A stretch of DNA of 64,000 nucleotides from Verrucomicrobiota bacterium (GTDB taxonomy: Bacteria > Verrucomicrobiota > Verrucomicrobiia > Limisphaerales > Palsa-1400): assembly GCA_049510745.1 (NCBI GenBank), contig JBEKYR010000001.1, forward strand, positions 96,001 to 160,000, given 5' to 3'. The notes under the pieces are model-generated. The model was not told the DNA's origin. It did not search any database and saw only the letters and a list, made by a program, of their open reading frames with translations. Of the stretch, positions 49,629 to 59,201 are shown one piece after another. Both the position numbers and the translations under genes were made by a program. How positions within the stretch are numbered: position 1 is the first letter of the stretch; each line of letters begins with the position of its first letter.

Positions 49629-50591
49629 ATGCGACAATTTATTACAATCGCCGGAAATGCCTTTATGGAGCTGATCCGGCAGCCGGTTTTCCTGCTGCTG
49701 ATGACGGTTTCGTCGTTGTTTGAGGTGTTCCTGGCTTGCGTCAATTATTTCGGATTCGGGGACGAACCGAAGCTGGTCAAGAACAGCGCCCTAGCGGTGA
49801 TGCTCCTGGCCGGGCTGTTTGGGGCGGTGTTGAGCGCGTCGGCCTCGGTCGCGCGCGAAATCCGCAGCGGGACCGCCCTGGCCGTGCTGGCCAAACCGGT
49901 CAGCCGCGCCCAATTCCTGCTGGCCAAATACGCCGGTCTCGCTTTGGCGCTGGCTGTTCTGACTTTCGTCAACACCATCGCCGCCCTGCTGGCCACGCGC
50001 ATGGCTTTTGACGCATATGGCGACATCGATTATCCGGGGTTGAGTGTTTTTTGCGGCGCGCTGGTTTTGGGCTATGTCATCGCCGGGTTCAGCAATTTCT
50101 TCCTGCGGCGGCCGTTTGTTTCGGACGCGGTTTTCGCCGTGGTGGTGATGGCGGTGGTAGCCTTTGCGGTGTTGCAGTATATTCCGCGGGAAGCCGGGCG
50201 AATGGGGATGGATTACAAGGGAATCGATTGGCGGGTGATTCCCGCCTCGGCCTTGATCTGGATGGCGCTGCTGATCCTGGCGGCGCTGGCCCTGGCGTGC
50301 TCGACGCGGGTGGAAATGGTGCCGACGCTGGCGATATGTTCAGCCTTGTTTTTGATGGGGTTGGTGTCCGATTATTTCTGGGGGACGCGCGCCAAGGCCG
50401 GCACGTGGTGGGCTTCGGTGCTTTACGCCGTGACGCCGAATTGGCAATTGTTCTGGCTGGCGGACGCGCTGGAGGGGACCAACAAGATACCGTTGGGCTA
50501 TCTGGGCCGGGCGTTTGGCTATGCGTGCGCGTATATCGGGGCGATCCTGGCGCTGGCGCTGGCCTTGTTTGAGGATCGCGAACTGAGTTGA
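49629..50591 (+). CDS. ABC-2-type transporter permease (PilI/NosY-like)
   Basis: IAGNAFMELIRQP, AREIRSGTALAVLAKPVSRAQFLLAKYAG, multiple TMs, C-terminal FEDREL. Confidence 0.88.
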   Translation: MRQFITIAGNAFMELIRQPVFLLLMTVSSLFEVFLACVNYFGFGDEPKLVKNSALAVMLLAGLFGAVLSASASVAREIRSGTALAVLAKPVSRAQFLLAKYAGLALALAVLTFVNTIAALLATRMAFDAYGDIDYPGLSVFCGALVLGYVIAGFSNFFLRRPFVSDAVFAVVVMAVVAFAVLQYIPREAGRMGMDYKGIDWRVIPASALIWMALLILAALALACSTRVEMVPTLAICSALFLMGLVSDYFWGTRAKAGTWWASVLYAVTPNWQLFWLADALEGTNKIPLGYLGRAFGYACAYIGAILALALALFEDRELS

Positions 50592-52471
50592 TGATAAGAA
50601 TGGAATCCAACGCCAAAAGAATTGGTTTGATGAACTGGATCGTCCTGCTGGGGGCGACGATCGGGATGCTGCTGGTGGCGCGCTTCGTCAGTTCGAGCGC
50701 GGCAGTGATGGCCACGGTGCTGACGGGATTCGGGCTGCTGGTGGGATTGTTGAGCTATTTCCACATGGGGTTGGTGGAGCGGGAACAGTTCGAGCGGATG
50801 GAAGTGGAGGAATTGAGCAAGGCACGCGGGAGCCAATCGCTCTTTGCGACCGCGGCGGCAGACACGTTTCCGGCCAAGCGCTCGCGGGAACAGTTCGAGC
50901 GGTTTATCGTCCCGGGTTTCACCGGGCTGCTGTTCCTGGCGCAAGGATGGGCCGCCTATTGGCCTTGGGAAAAGCTCCCGGCCATGCCCGCCCTGGCGGC
51001 TGATCGGGCGACGCTGGCCATGGCGTTGTTGGGGTTGTTCGGTCTGATCCTTTTTCTGCTGGGCAAATACTCCAGCGGGCTGGCCCGTCTGCAAAACCAG
51101 AAGTTGTTGCGTCCGGGCGCGGCCTATTTGCTGCTCAGCGCCTACGCCTGCTTTACCGCGACCTGCGCCATTGCCGCCGTCCTGGCGGGTTTTCCCAGGG
51201 CCGACCTTTTCGTCGGACGCGCCTTGTGCGTCATATCGGGATTGGCGGCGGTGGAAACGCTGCTGGCGTTGATCCTGGAGGTCTATCGCGTGCGGGTGCA
51301 GGGGCGGGACGCGCGATTGCTCTATGAAAGCCGGCTGGTGGGATTGCTGGGCCAGCCGGAAGCGATCATCACGACCGCCGCGCACGCGCTGGATTACCAA
51401 TTTGGCTTCAAGGTGTCCGAGACGTGGTTTTATCGTTTTCTGGAAAAGGCGCTGGGCTGGCTGGTGCTGGCGCAATTGGGCGCATTGGTGGCATCGACCT
51501 GCTTTGTCATCATCCAGCCGGGCGACCAGGCGTTGCTGGAGCGTTTTGGCCGGCCATTGGGCAACCAGGGCGTGATCGGACCCGGCTTGCATCTCAAACT
51601 GCCCTGGCCGATCGACCGCACCATCGTTTATCACACCGAGCAAATCCAAACTTTCATCGTCGGCGCCGAACCGGAAAGGAGCGAGACGATTGCCTGGGCT
51701 GTGAGCCACGCCAAAGAGGAGAATTTCCTGGTGGCGAGCAAGGAATTGAATCCGGAGATTCAATCCAACCAAATGACGGAGGCGAAAAGCCCGCCGGTCA
51801 ACCTGCTTTCGGTCAGCATCCCGGTGCAATATCAGATCACCAATCTGGCCACCTGGGCCTACACCAACGAAGACCCGCAAACGCTCCTCAAAGGCATCTC
51901 CGAGCGCGAGGTGGCCCGCTATCTGGCCAGCGCCGACCTGGATGATTTGATGTCGCGCGGACGGGCCGCCGCCGCCGAGAGCCTGCGCCGAAACATCCAG
52001 GGGCAGGTGGACACCCTGCAATTGGGGGCGCGCGTGACTTTTGTCGGCTTGGAAGACATCCATCCGCCGGTCAAGGTGGCGAAGATTTTTGAACAGGTGG
52101 TGGGGGCGGCGCAGACCCGGGATTCGAAGATATTGCAGGCGCAGGCCTATGCGGTCTCGACCAACGCTTTCGCCAGCGGAGAAAGTTTCAAGAGGGTGGC
52201 CACAGCCAACGCCGACGAGCACAGCGCGGTGACCAATTCCGCCGCCCGGGCCGTGCTCTTTGCCAGCCAGCAAATGGCTTACAGCGCCGCGCCAGGCCGC
52301 AACGGCGTCTATGAGCAGCGCGCCTACCTGGAAACCCTCGTCGAGGGCGGCAGCCAGTCGCGCAAGTACATCATTGCCACCACCAACACGCCGGACATCC
52401 TCATTTTCAATCTGGAGGACAAAATACGGACAGATTTGATCGACAAGCTCCCGTCGCCGACTCAAAAGTGA
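50591..52471 (+). CDS. HflK-like SPFH protein with a large multi-pass N-terminal membrane domain
   Basis: About 7-8 TM segments in the first 300 aa, then IQPGDQALLERFG...PGLHLKLPWPID, VQYQI, DIHPPVKVAKIFEQV. Start may be 50600. Confidence 0.88.
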   Translation: MIRMESNAKRIGLMNWIVLLGATIGMLLVARFVSSSAAVMATVLTGFGLLVGLLSYFHMGLVEREQFERMEVEELSKARGSQSLFATAAADTFPAKRSREQFERFIVPGFTGLLFLAQGWAAYWPWEKLPAMPALAADRATLAMALLGLFGLILFLLGKYSSGLARLQNQKLLRPGAAYLLLSAYACFTATCAIAAVLAGFPRADLFVGRALCVISGLAAVETLLALILEVYRVRVQGRDARLLYESRLVGLLGQPEAIITTAAHALDYQFGFKVSETWFYRFLEKALGWLVLAQLGALVASTCFVIIQPGDQALLERFGRPLGNQGVIGPGLHLKLPWPIDRTIVYHTEQIQTFIVGAEPERSETIAWAVSHAKEENFLVASKELNPEIQSNQMTEAKSPPVNLLSVSIPVQYQITNLATWAYTNEDPQTLLKGISEREVARYLASADLDDLMSRGRAAAAESLRRNIQGQVDTLQLGARVTFVGLEDIHPPVKVAKIFEQVVGAAQTRDSKILQAQAYAVSTNAFASGESFKRVATANADEHSAVTNSAARAVLFASQQMAYSAAPGRNGVYEQRAYLETLVEGGSQSRKYIIATTNTPDILIFNLEDKIRTDLIDKLPSPTQK

Positions 52472-52472
52472 T

Positions 52473-53432
52473 ATGAAACGAAATCCCCTTACCCTGTTAG
52501 TGGCCTTCATCTTGATCGTCATCTTCGGCTTGCTCCTGTTTATTTACCAGGTGCGCAAATCCGAGGCGGCGGTGGTGACACGATTCGGCAAGATCGACCG
52601 CGTCAAGACCGAGCCTGGCCCCGGCCTGCGCTGGCCCTGGCCGATCGAAGACGTCTATAAGCTGGACCAGCGCATCCAGAACTTCGAGGGCAAGTACGAG
52701 CAATTCAAGCTGCCCGACCAGAACATCATCCTCTTGTCGGTCTATGTCGGCTACCGCATCGAGGACCCGAAGGCGTTCTTCCCCAAGTTCGCCAAAGGGT
52801 CGATTCCCGAGGCGGAAAAGGTGCTGGAAGACTTGGTGCGCAGCGCCAAGAATGAAGTGGCCGGACAGCATCCCTTCTCGGATTTCGTGGCGACCGATGA
52901 ACGGCAGATGAAATTCACCCAGATCGAAAACGAAATCCTGCAAAAAGTGCGCAAACAAGTGACCGAGCTGAACTACGGGCTGGACATGAAGTTCATCCAG
53001 ATCAGGAAAATCGGGCTGCCCGACAGCGTGACGCAAAACGTCTTCGACCGCATGACATCCGAGCGGCAGTACTACATCTCCAAGGTCCAGTCGCAGGGCG
53101 AGGAGGCGGCGAAAAAGATCAAATCCGAAGCCGACAGCAAGGCCGCCATCCTGCTGGCCGACGCCGACGCCCAGGCCTTCAAAATCCGGGGCGAAGGCGA
53201 GGCGCAGATGATGAAATCGCTGGCGGTGTTGCAGGAGAATCCGGCGCTGGCCACGTTCAACATGCAGATTTCCGCGTTGCAGCAATTGCTCAGGGAAAAA
53301 TCGACCCTCGTGCTCGATGCCAGCAGTTCCCCGTTGCAGTGGCTCCAGATGCAGCAAGCGGGCAAATCCGCCCCGACCAATGCCGCTTCCCCGGCTGAGG
53401 CCGGCTCGCTGACGAATAAAGACCCGAAATGA
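52473..53432 (+). CDS. hflC: HflC-like SPFH protein
   Basis: Single N-terminal TM, AVVTRFGK...EPG...WPWPIEDV..LDQRI, LPDSVTQNVFDRMTSER, IRGEGEA. Confidence 0.88.
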   Translation: MKRNPLTLLVAFILIVIFGLLLFIYQVRKSEAAVVTRFGKIDRVKTEPGPGLRWPWPIEDVYKLDQRIQNFEGKYEQFKLPDQNIILLSVYVGYRIEDPKAFFPKFAKGSIPEAEKVLEDLVRSAKNEVAGQHPFSDFVATDERQMKFTQIENEILQKVRKQVTELNYGLDMKFIQIRKIGLPDSVTQNVFDRMTSERQYYISKVQSQGEEAAKKIKSEADSKAAILLADADAQAFKIRGEGEAQMMKSLAVLQENPALATFNMQISALQQLLREKSTLVLDASSSPLQWLQMQQAGKSAPTNAASPAEAGSLTNKDPK

Positions 53433-54538
53433 ACCCCCAGGACCCCATTCTGCCCTCGCCGCCGCCGAGCGCGCCGCCCCCGCCCCCGCCGGGTCCGCCG
53501 CCGGCTGTGGAAGACGCCGGAACGCAGGCGCTGGCCGAAGCCCTGCGCAGCAGCTTTTTCATTGTCAAGATCATTATGGTGGGGCTGGCGCTGGTCTTCC
53601 TTGGCTCGGGCTTTTTCACCGTCGGTCCGCAAGAGAAAGCGGTCATCCTGCGCCTGGGCAAGCCGATCGGGGAAGGCGAGGGCGCGCTGCTCAGTCCGGG
53701 TTTGCACTGGGCCTTTCCCCGGGGCATTTATGAAGTCGAACACATTCCGTTCACCTCCCTGCAAATGGCCGAGTCGTCCGTCGGCTGGTACCTGACGCCC
53801 GAAGAGCGCGCCAAAGGAGCCGCCCCGCCGCCCGGCTCGTCCTCGCTCAATCCGGCCACCACCACCTACGCATTGACGGCCGACACCAACATCATTCACG
53901 TCGTGGCGACCCTGAAATACCGGATCACCGACCCGATTACCTTCCATTTTGATTTTGCCAACGCGCCGTCTTTCATCACCAACGCCCTGAACAACGCCTT
54001 GCTGTTTGCCACCAGCCAGTTTCCAGTCGATGACATCCTGACGCGAAACCGGGCCGCCTTCCGGGAACGGGTCACGGAACGGGCCCGTCAATTGATTGAC
54101 TCGCAAAAAATCGGAGTGACGGTGGATCAATTGGATGTCGATGCCTCGCCCCCGCTCTATCTCAAGCCCAAGTTTGACGAAGTCGATACGGCCATGCTCA
54201 AACGCGACAAAGCCCGCAACGACGCGCAGAGCTACGCGACCACCACCGAGGCGGAAGCCCGCGGCGAGTCCGCCACGCGCGTCTTTGTCGCGGATGCCCA
54301 GCGCAAACGGCTGGTGGAAATGGTGACCGCGCAAGCCGACACCTTCCAGAAACTGCGGGGCCAATACGAGCATGACCCGGCGTTTTTCGAGCGCGTCCGC
54401 CAGATGACGGTGCTGGAGGAGGTTTATACCAATGCCCAGCAAAAGATCATCATGGCGCCGAACACGCATGAGTTGCGCCTGGAATTGAGCCGCGAGCCGG
54501 AGGCGCCTTCCACGAATAACATCATCATGTCGCAATAA
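53429..54538 (+). CDS. hflK: HflK-like SPFH protein
   Basis: SGFFTVGPQEKAVILRLGK, PGLHW, ALTADTNII, YRITDP, PP...FDEV, AEARGES, QYEHDP. Confidence 0.85.
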   Translation: MNPQDPILPSPPPSAPPPPPPGPPPAVEDAGTQALAEALRSSFFIVKIIMVGLALVFLGSGFFTVGPQEKAVILRLGKPIGEGEGALLSPGLHWAFPRGIYEVEHIPFTSLQMAESSVGWYLTPEERAKGAAPPPGSSSLNPATTTYALTADTNIIHVVATLKYRITDPITFHFDFANAPSFITNALNNALLFATSQFPVDDILTRNRAAFRERVTERARQLIDSQKIGVTVDQLDVDASPPLYLKPKFDEVDTAMLKRDKARNDAQSYATTTEAEARGESATRVFVADAQRKRLVEMVTAQADTFQKLRGQYEHDPAFFERVRQMTVLEEVYTNAQQKIIMAPNTHELRLELSREPEAPSTNNIIMSQ

Positions 54539-54542
54539 TTTT

Positions 54543-56609
54543 ATGCAAGTGACCTCTCTCCTGAGCCGCCGCGAAGACGAGCATGACCACGCGCACGGGG
54601 AATCGTGCGCCAATGGCGGCCACGACCACGACCACGCCGTGCTGCCGCTGGCGCAAACGTTGATTGGCCTGGTCTTTGTCCTCAATTCGTTTGTCGTCAA
54701 CTGGTTCTTTTCCGACAACGCCAACCCGATCGCGGACGGCAGCGCGATGATCGGGGCGATCATCCTCGGCTACCCGATTGTCTGGACGGCCATCAATGAT
54801 TTGCGCCGGGGTCTGCTCACGACCAACGAACTGGTGGCCCTGGCCGTGGTGGCTTCCTTTGGCTCGGCGAATCTCCTGGTGGTTTCCTTTGGCTCGGCGA
54901 ATGTCCAAGTGGGCGGCTACCAGCAGGCGGGCGTCATCGCCTTCTTCATGTTGATGGGCCAAATCATTGAAACGCGCACGGCCGAAGGCGCCCGCGCTTC
55001 CATCGAATCCCTCATCAAGCTCACTCCGCCCAAAGCCCGCCGCGTCACCAAAGACGGCGAAGAGGAGATCGAAACGAAGCTCCTCGCCGTGGGCGACGTT
55101 ATTCGAGTTCGTCCCGGAGACAATGTCGCGGCCGACGGGGTGATTGTGACCGGCCAGGGTTCCTTCAATCAGGCCACCATCACCGGCGAGTCCTTGCCGG
55201 TCGATAAAAAGCCCGGGGACGAAGTCTTTGCCGGGACGCAAAACCTGACGGGAGCGCTGGAAATCCGGGTGACGCGGGCGGGGCAGGACACGACGTTGGG
55301 CAAGGTGCGGGAACTGATCCTGGCGGCGGAGAAAACCAAGCTGCCGCTGATGCGGATCATCGACCAGTACATGGGCTATTATACGCCGCTGGTGCTGCTG
55401 ATCGGCGCATTGGTGTGGGCGTTCACCTCCGATATGAGCCGCGTGATCACGGTCCTTATTGTCTCGTGTCCGTGCGCTTTCATTCTCGCCACACCCAGCG
55501 CGATGGTCGCGGCCCTGTCGGCCGCCGCGCGGCTGGGCATCCTAATCAAAAACGTCGGCGACATCGAGTTGGCGGCGCGCATCAACGCATTTGTATTTGA
55601 CAAAACGGGCACTCTCACCACGGGACGGCTGGCCGTCAGCCGCCTTCAGCCCATGAACGGCGCGACGGCGGCGGAACTGCTCCGCGTGGCGGGTTCGGCC
55701 GAGAAATACAGCAACCATCCCACGGCCAAGGCGCTGGCCCAGTTGGCGGGCGAAGCCGGCGTGCCCCTTTGCGAGCCGAAGGATTTCGCCGAAGCCGCCG
55801 GCCGGGGCGTCAGCGCGCAGGTCGAAGGGGCCAGGGTGCTGGTGGGCCGCGCCCAGTGGCTCAAGGAACAAGGCATCGCGGAGGATTTTCTCAAATCCGT
55901 CGATCTCAATGAAACGGAGGGTTTCAGCCTGATCTTCGTGGCCCGCGACGGCAAATGCCTCGGGTGGGTCGGCCTGCAAGACCAAACCCGCTCCGAAGCC
56001 CGCGAGGCGCTGGCCGATCTGAAATCCACCGGCGTGCGCCGCATCGCCATGATTTCCGGCGACCGCCAGCCGGTGGCCACCCGCGTCGCGCGCGAAATCG
56101 GCTGCGAAGAAGTCATGGGCGAATGCCTCCCGCAGAACAAAGTGGATTTTGTCCGCCAAATAAAAGCCAAAGGCTACCGCGTGGCTGTCGTCGGCGACGG
56201 CGTCAACGACGCGCCCGCGCTGGCGGCCGGCGACCTGGGCATCGCCATGGGCGCGGCGGGCAGCGAAGTGGCCATCCACAGCGCCACCATCGCGCTGATG
56301 AACAACGATCTGCGCCGCCTGCCGTTCCTGGTCCGGCTCTCGCGCCAGACGCGGTCGGTCATCAACCAGAATTTCCTTGTCGGCATTGTGTTTGTCATCG
56401 GCGGCCTGGTTTTGGCCTCGCTCAAGTACATCAATCCGATCACCGCCGCCGTCCTCCACGTCATCGGTTCGCTCATTGTTGTCTTCAACAGCGCCCGGCT
56501 CGTGCGGCAGGGCGAGGAGTTGGAACCGCACCTGGCCGCCGCGCCGGAAGCGCCCGGCCCATCGGCGCCAACCCCGCCGTCTCTGACGCCCAAAGCTGTG
56601 CCTGCATGA
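54543..56609 (+). CDS. P1B-type (heavy-metal) P-type ATPase
   Basis: His-rich N-terminus, TGESLP, SCPCA, FDKTGTLT, HP, GDGVNDAPAL. Confidence 0.95.
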   Translation: MQVTSLLSRREDEHDHAHGESCANGGHDHDHAVLPLAQTLIGLVFVLNSFVVNWFFSDNANPIADGSAMIGAIILGYPIVWTAINDLRRGLLTTNELVALAVVASFGSANLLVVSFGSANVQVGGYQQAGVIAFFMLMGQIIETRTAEGARASIESLIKLTPPKARRVTKDGEEEIETKLLAVGDVIRVRPGDNVAADGVIVTGQGSFNQATITGESLPVDKKPGDEVFAGTQNLTGALEIRVTRAGQDTTLGKVRELILAAEKTKLPLMRIIDQYMGYYTPLVLLIGALVWAFTSDMSRVITVLIVSCPCAFILATPSAMVAALSAAARLGILIKNVGDIELAARINAFVFDKTGTLTTGRLAVSRLQPMNGATAAELLRVAGSAEKYSNHPTAKALAQLAGEAGVPLCEPKDFAEAAGRGVSAQVEGARVLVGRAQWLKEQGIAEDFLKSVDLNETEGFSLIFVARDGKCLGWVGLQDQTRSEAREALADLKSTGVRRIAMISGDRQPVATRVAREIGCEEVMGECLPQNKVDFVRQIKAKGYRVAVVGDGVNDAPALAAGDLGIAMGAAGSEVAIHSATIALMNNDLRRLPFLVRLSRQTRSVINQNFLVGIVFVIGGLVLASLKYINPITAAVLHVIGSLIVVFNSARLVRQGEELEPHLAAAPEAPGPSAPTPPSLTPKAVPA
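54847..54906 (+). repeat. In-frame 30-bp tandem duplication inside the ATPase gene
   Basis: tggtggcttcctttggctcggcgaatctcc / tggtggtttcctttggctcggcgaatgtcc (28/30 identical). Confidence 0.92.
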
Positions 56610-57823
56610 GTGCTGTCGCTCAAATCCCCGCGACCGCCGCGCCCGCGCCCGAAATGCCCCGTTCCGGCGAGCCGGTGGTCGCCGTGCGCGGATTGACCAA
56701 AATTTTCAAGGACTTCTGGGGCCGCCCCAAGGCCAAAGCCGTCGATAACGTCGATTTTGAAGTGCGGCGCGGCGAGGTCTTCGGCCTGCTGGGCCCCAAC
56801 GGTTCCGGCAAATCGACCACGGTCAAGCTGCTGCTCGGATTGCTCTATCCGACCCGCGGCCACATCGAAGTCTTCGGCCATTCCCCGCGCCACGTGGCGA
56901 GCAAGGCGCACATCGGCTACTTGCCAGAGGAATCCTACCTTTATCGCTTTTTGGATTCGCGCGAAACGCTCGACTTTTTCGGCAACCTTTTTGATTTGCC
57001 CGCCGGGCAGCGCCGCCAGCGCAACGAACAGCTTTTGGAAATGGTCGGCTTGAGCCAGGTGCGCACGCGGGTGGTCGGCGAGTTTTCCAAGGGGATGCAG
57101 CGGCGCATCGGACTGGCCCAGGCGCTGATCAACGATCCCGACCTGGTCCTGCTGGACGAGCCGACCGCCGGCATGGACCCCATTGGCTGCCGCGAAGTCA
57201 AGGACCTGATCCTCGCCCTGGCGCGCCGGGGCAAAACGGTCATTCTCAGCAGCCATTTGCTCTCCGAAGTCGAGGATGTCTGCGACCGTGTCGTCATCTA
57301 TTATGGCGGACGCATTCACGCCATGGGCACCTTGAAGGAATTGCTCACCAAGCCGGACTCCGTGCGCATTACCACGCCGCTGCTGCCGCGCGAGAGCATG
57401 GAACAGGTCCTGAACATCATTCGCAAGGACGTGGGGGAGGAGAAAATTCAGATCGACAACCCGACGCAAAACCTGGAGAGCTATTTCCTGGATGTCGTGC
57501 GCCAGGCAAAGGAGCGTCTGGAGGAAACTTCCGGCGCCACTTCCGGCAGCCACGTCGCCGCCTACCTGCGCGGCGACGCGGAATCCGAGCCGACGACGGA
57601 CAAGGTCCTGGAACGGCTGACCCATGCGGCCGCGGCCAAGCCGGCGGAACCCGCGCCCGCACCCGAACCCCAGCAGAAGATCGACCAGGCCAAACTGGAA
57701 TCGTTGGCCAAGCCCGCCGAGCCTGCGGCCCCGCCGCCGCCGCCGCCGCCGGCGCCCCCGGTCGATTTGGACAAAGCCAACCAGAAGCTCTCCTCGCTGC
57801 TGGGCCATCCGGGCGAGAAATGA
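56606..57823 (+). CDS. ABC transporter ATP-binding protein with a Pro-rich C-terminal extension
   Basis: ATGA overlap with the ATPase stop. GPNGSGKS, FSKGMQRR, LLDEP, SSH. Confidence 0.94.
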   Translation: MSAVAQIPATAAPAPEMPRSGEPVVAVRGLTKIFKDFWGRPKAKAVDNVDFEVRRGEVFGLLGPNGSGKSTTVKLLLGLLYPTRGHIEVFGHSPRHVASKAHIGYLPEESYLYRFLDSRETLDFFGNLFDLPAGQRRQRNEQLLEMVGLSQVRTRVVGEFSKGMQRRIGLAQALINDPDLVLLDEPTAGMDPIGCREVKDLILALARRGKTVILSSHLLSEVEDVCDRVVIYYGGRIHAMGTLKELLTKPDSVRITTPLLPRESMEQVLNIIRKDVGEEKIQIDNPTQNLESYFLDVVRQAKERLEETSGATSGSHVAAYLRGDAESEPTTDKVLERLTHAAAAKPAEPAPAPEPQQKIDQAKLESLAKPAEPAAPPPPPPPAPPVDLDKANQKLSSLLGHPGEK

Positions 57824-59199
57824 AGAAAGTCCTGGCCATCGCGGGATTGACTTGGAAATCCGCCTTCCGCTACCGCCTCTTCTGGATCCTGGCCGCGCTG
57901 CTGCTCGGAGCGGTCGTGGGCCTGCCGCTGCTGCTCAGAGACGACGGCACAGCCAAGGGGCTGACCCAAATACTATTGACTTACACCTTGAGCGCGGTGG
58001 CAACGCTCCTGGGCATTGCCACCCTCTGGCTCTCCTGCGGCACCCTGGCCAAGGACGTCGAGGAATGCCAGATGCAGGTCGTCGCGGTCAAGCCCATCGC
58101 CCGCTGGCAAATCTGGCTCGGCAAGTGGCTCGGCCTGCTTTCCCTCAACGCCGTCCTGCTGGCCCTGGCCGGCGCCGCCATTTTTGCCCTGCTCAATTGG
58201 CGGGCCGGCCGCCTTCCCGCCGCCGAGCAAAAAATCCTCCGCGACGAGGTTTTTGTGGCGCGCGCCTCGGTGCGGGACCGTCCGCCGGACTTTTCCGCCG
58301 AAGTTGAAAAACTCATGCGAGAACGGGTCAAAGACCCCGCGGCGTTAAGCGCGTCCGACCTGGCGGAAATCCGCAAGCAAGTCAGCGAGGAACTCAAGTC
58401 CGCCTTGACGGAAGTGCCGCCGGGTTTCCGGCGGCGCTGGGGCGTCAACTTGCGGAGCGTGCGCGACCGCTTGCGGGATCAACCGCTGGAGTTGCGGGTC
58501 AAATTCCACACCGCCAACCCCAACGAGGACGCCCGCTACCTGACCGGCTGGATCGTCGGCCCGGCCAACTCTCCCCGGCAGGTGGCCATTGAGCAGACGT
58601 TGCCGCCGGATTCCTTCCAGGAATTCCAAGTGCCCGCCAATCTGCTGGACGACAAGGGCATCCTGTGGGTCGATGTGGTGAACCCCAATGAAACGTCCCT
58701 GACGTTTCCGTTGGAGGATGGATTCGAGCTGCTCTATCCGGAGAGCACATTCGAGATCAATTTTGTGCGCGGGATCGCGGTCATTTTCTGCTGGCTGGCC
58801 CTGCTGGCCTCGATTGGCCTGGCCATGGCCAGTTTCCTTTCCTTCCCCGTGGCGGCGTTTGCCTCGCTGGCGCTGCTGCTCATGGGCTTCTCCAGCGGCA
58901 CTATCGGCTCGGTGGTCGAGCAAGGCACGATCATGAGCTACGACTCGGCCAAGTCGGCTTACGGCCATTCGCCGATCGATGTGGTCATTGTGCCGGTGTT
59001 CCAGGGGGCGCTGAAAATCATCAAGCTGGTCGAGAGTTTTTCGCCGGTCGATTTTCTCAGCACGGGCCGGAGCATCACGTGGGGCCAATTGGGATTGGCG
59101 GTGGCGCAAATCATCCTGTTGCTGGGCGGGTTTTTCTGCGTCGTGGGCATTATCCTATTCACCCGGAGAGAATTGGCCACCGCGCAGGGCAATAGTTGA
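57820..59199 (+). CDS. ABC-2-type transporter permease with a large soluble insert
   Basis: ATGA overlap. LAKDVEECQMQVVAVKPIARWQIWLGKWLG, about 160-aa hydrophilic domain, C-terminal FTRRELA. Confidence 0.86.
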   Translation: MKKVLAIAGLTWKSAFRYRLFWILAALLLGAVVGLPLLLRDDGTAKGLTQILLTYTLSAVATLLGIATLWLSCGTLAKDVEECQMQVVAVKPIARWQIWLGKWLGLLSLNAVLLALAGAAIFALLNWRAGRLPAAEQKILRDEVFVARASVRDRPPDFSAEVEKLMRERVKDPAALSASDLAEIRKQVSEELKSALTEVPPGFRRRWGVNLRSVRDRLRDQPLELRVKFHTANPNEDARYLTGWIVGPANSPRQVAIEQTLPPDSFQEFQVPANLLDDKGILWVDVVNPNETSLTFPLEDGFELLYPESTFEINFVRGIAVIFCWLALLASIGLAMASFLSFPVAAFASLALLLMGFSSGTIGSVVEQGTIMSYDSAKSAYGHSPIDVVIVPVFQGALKIIKLVESFSPVDFLSTGRSITWGQLGLAVAQIILLLGGFFCVVGIILFTRRELATAQGNS

Positions 59200-59201
59200 G
59201 G

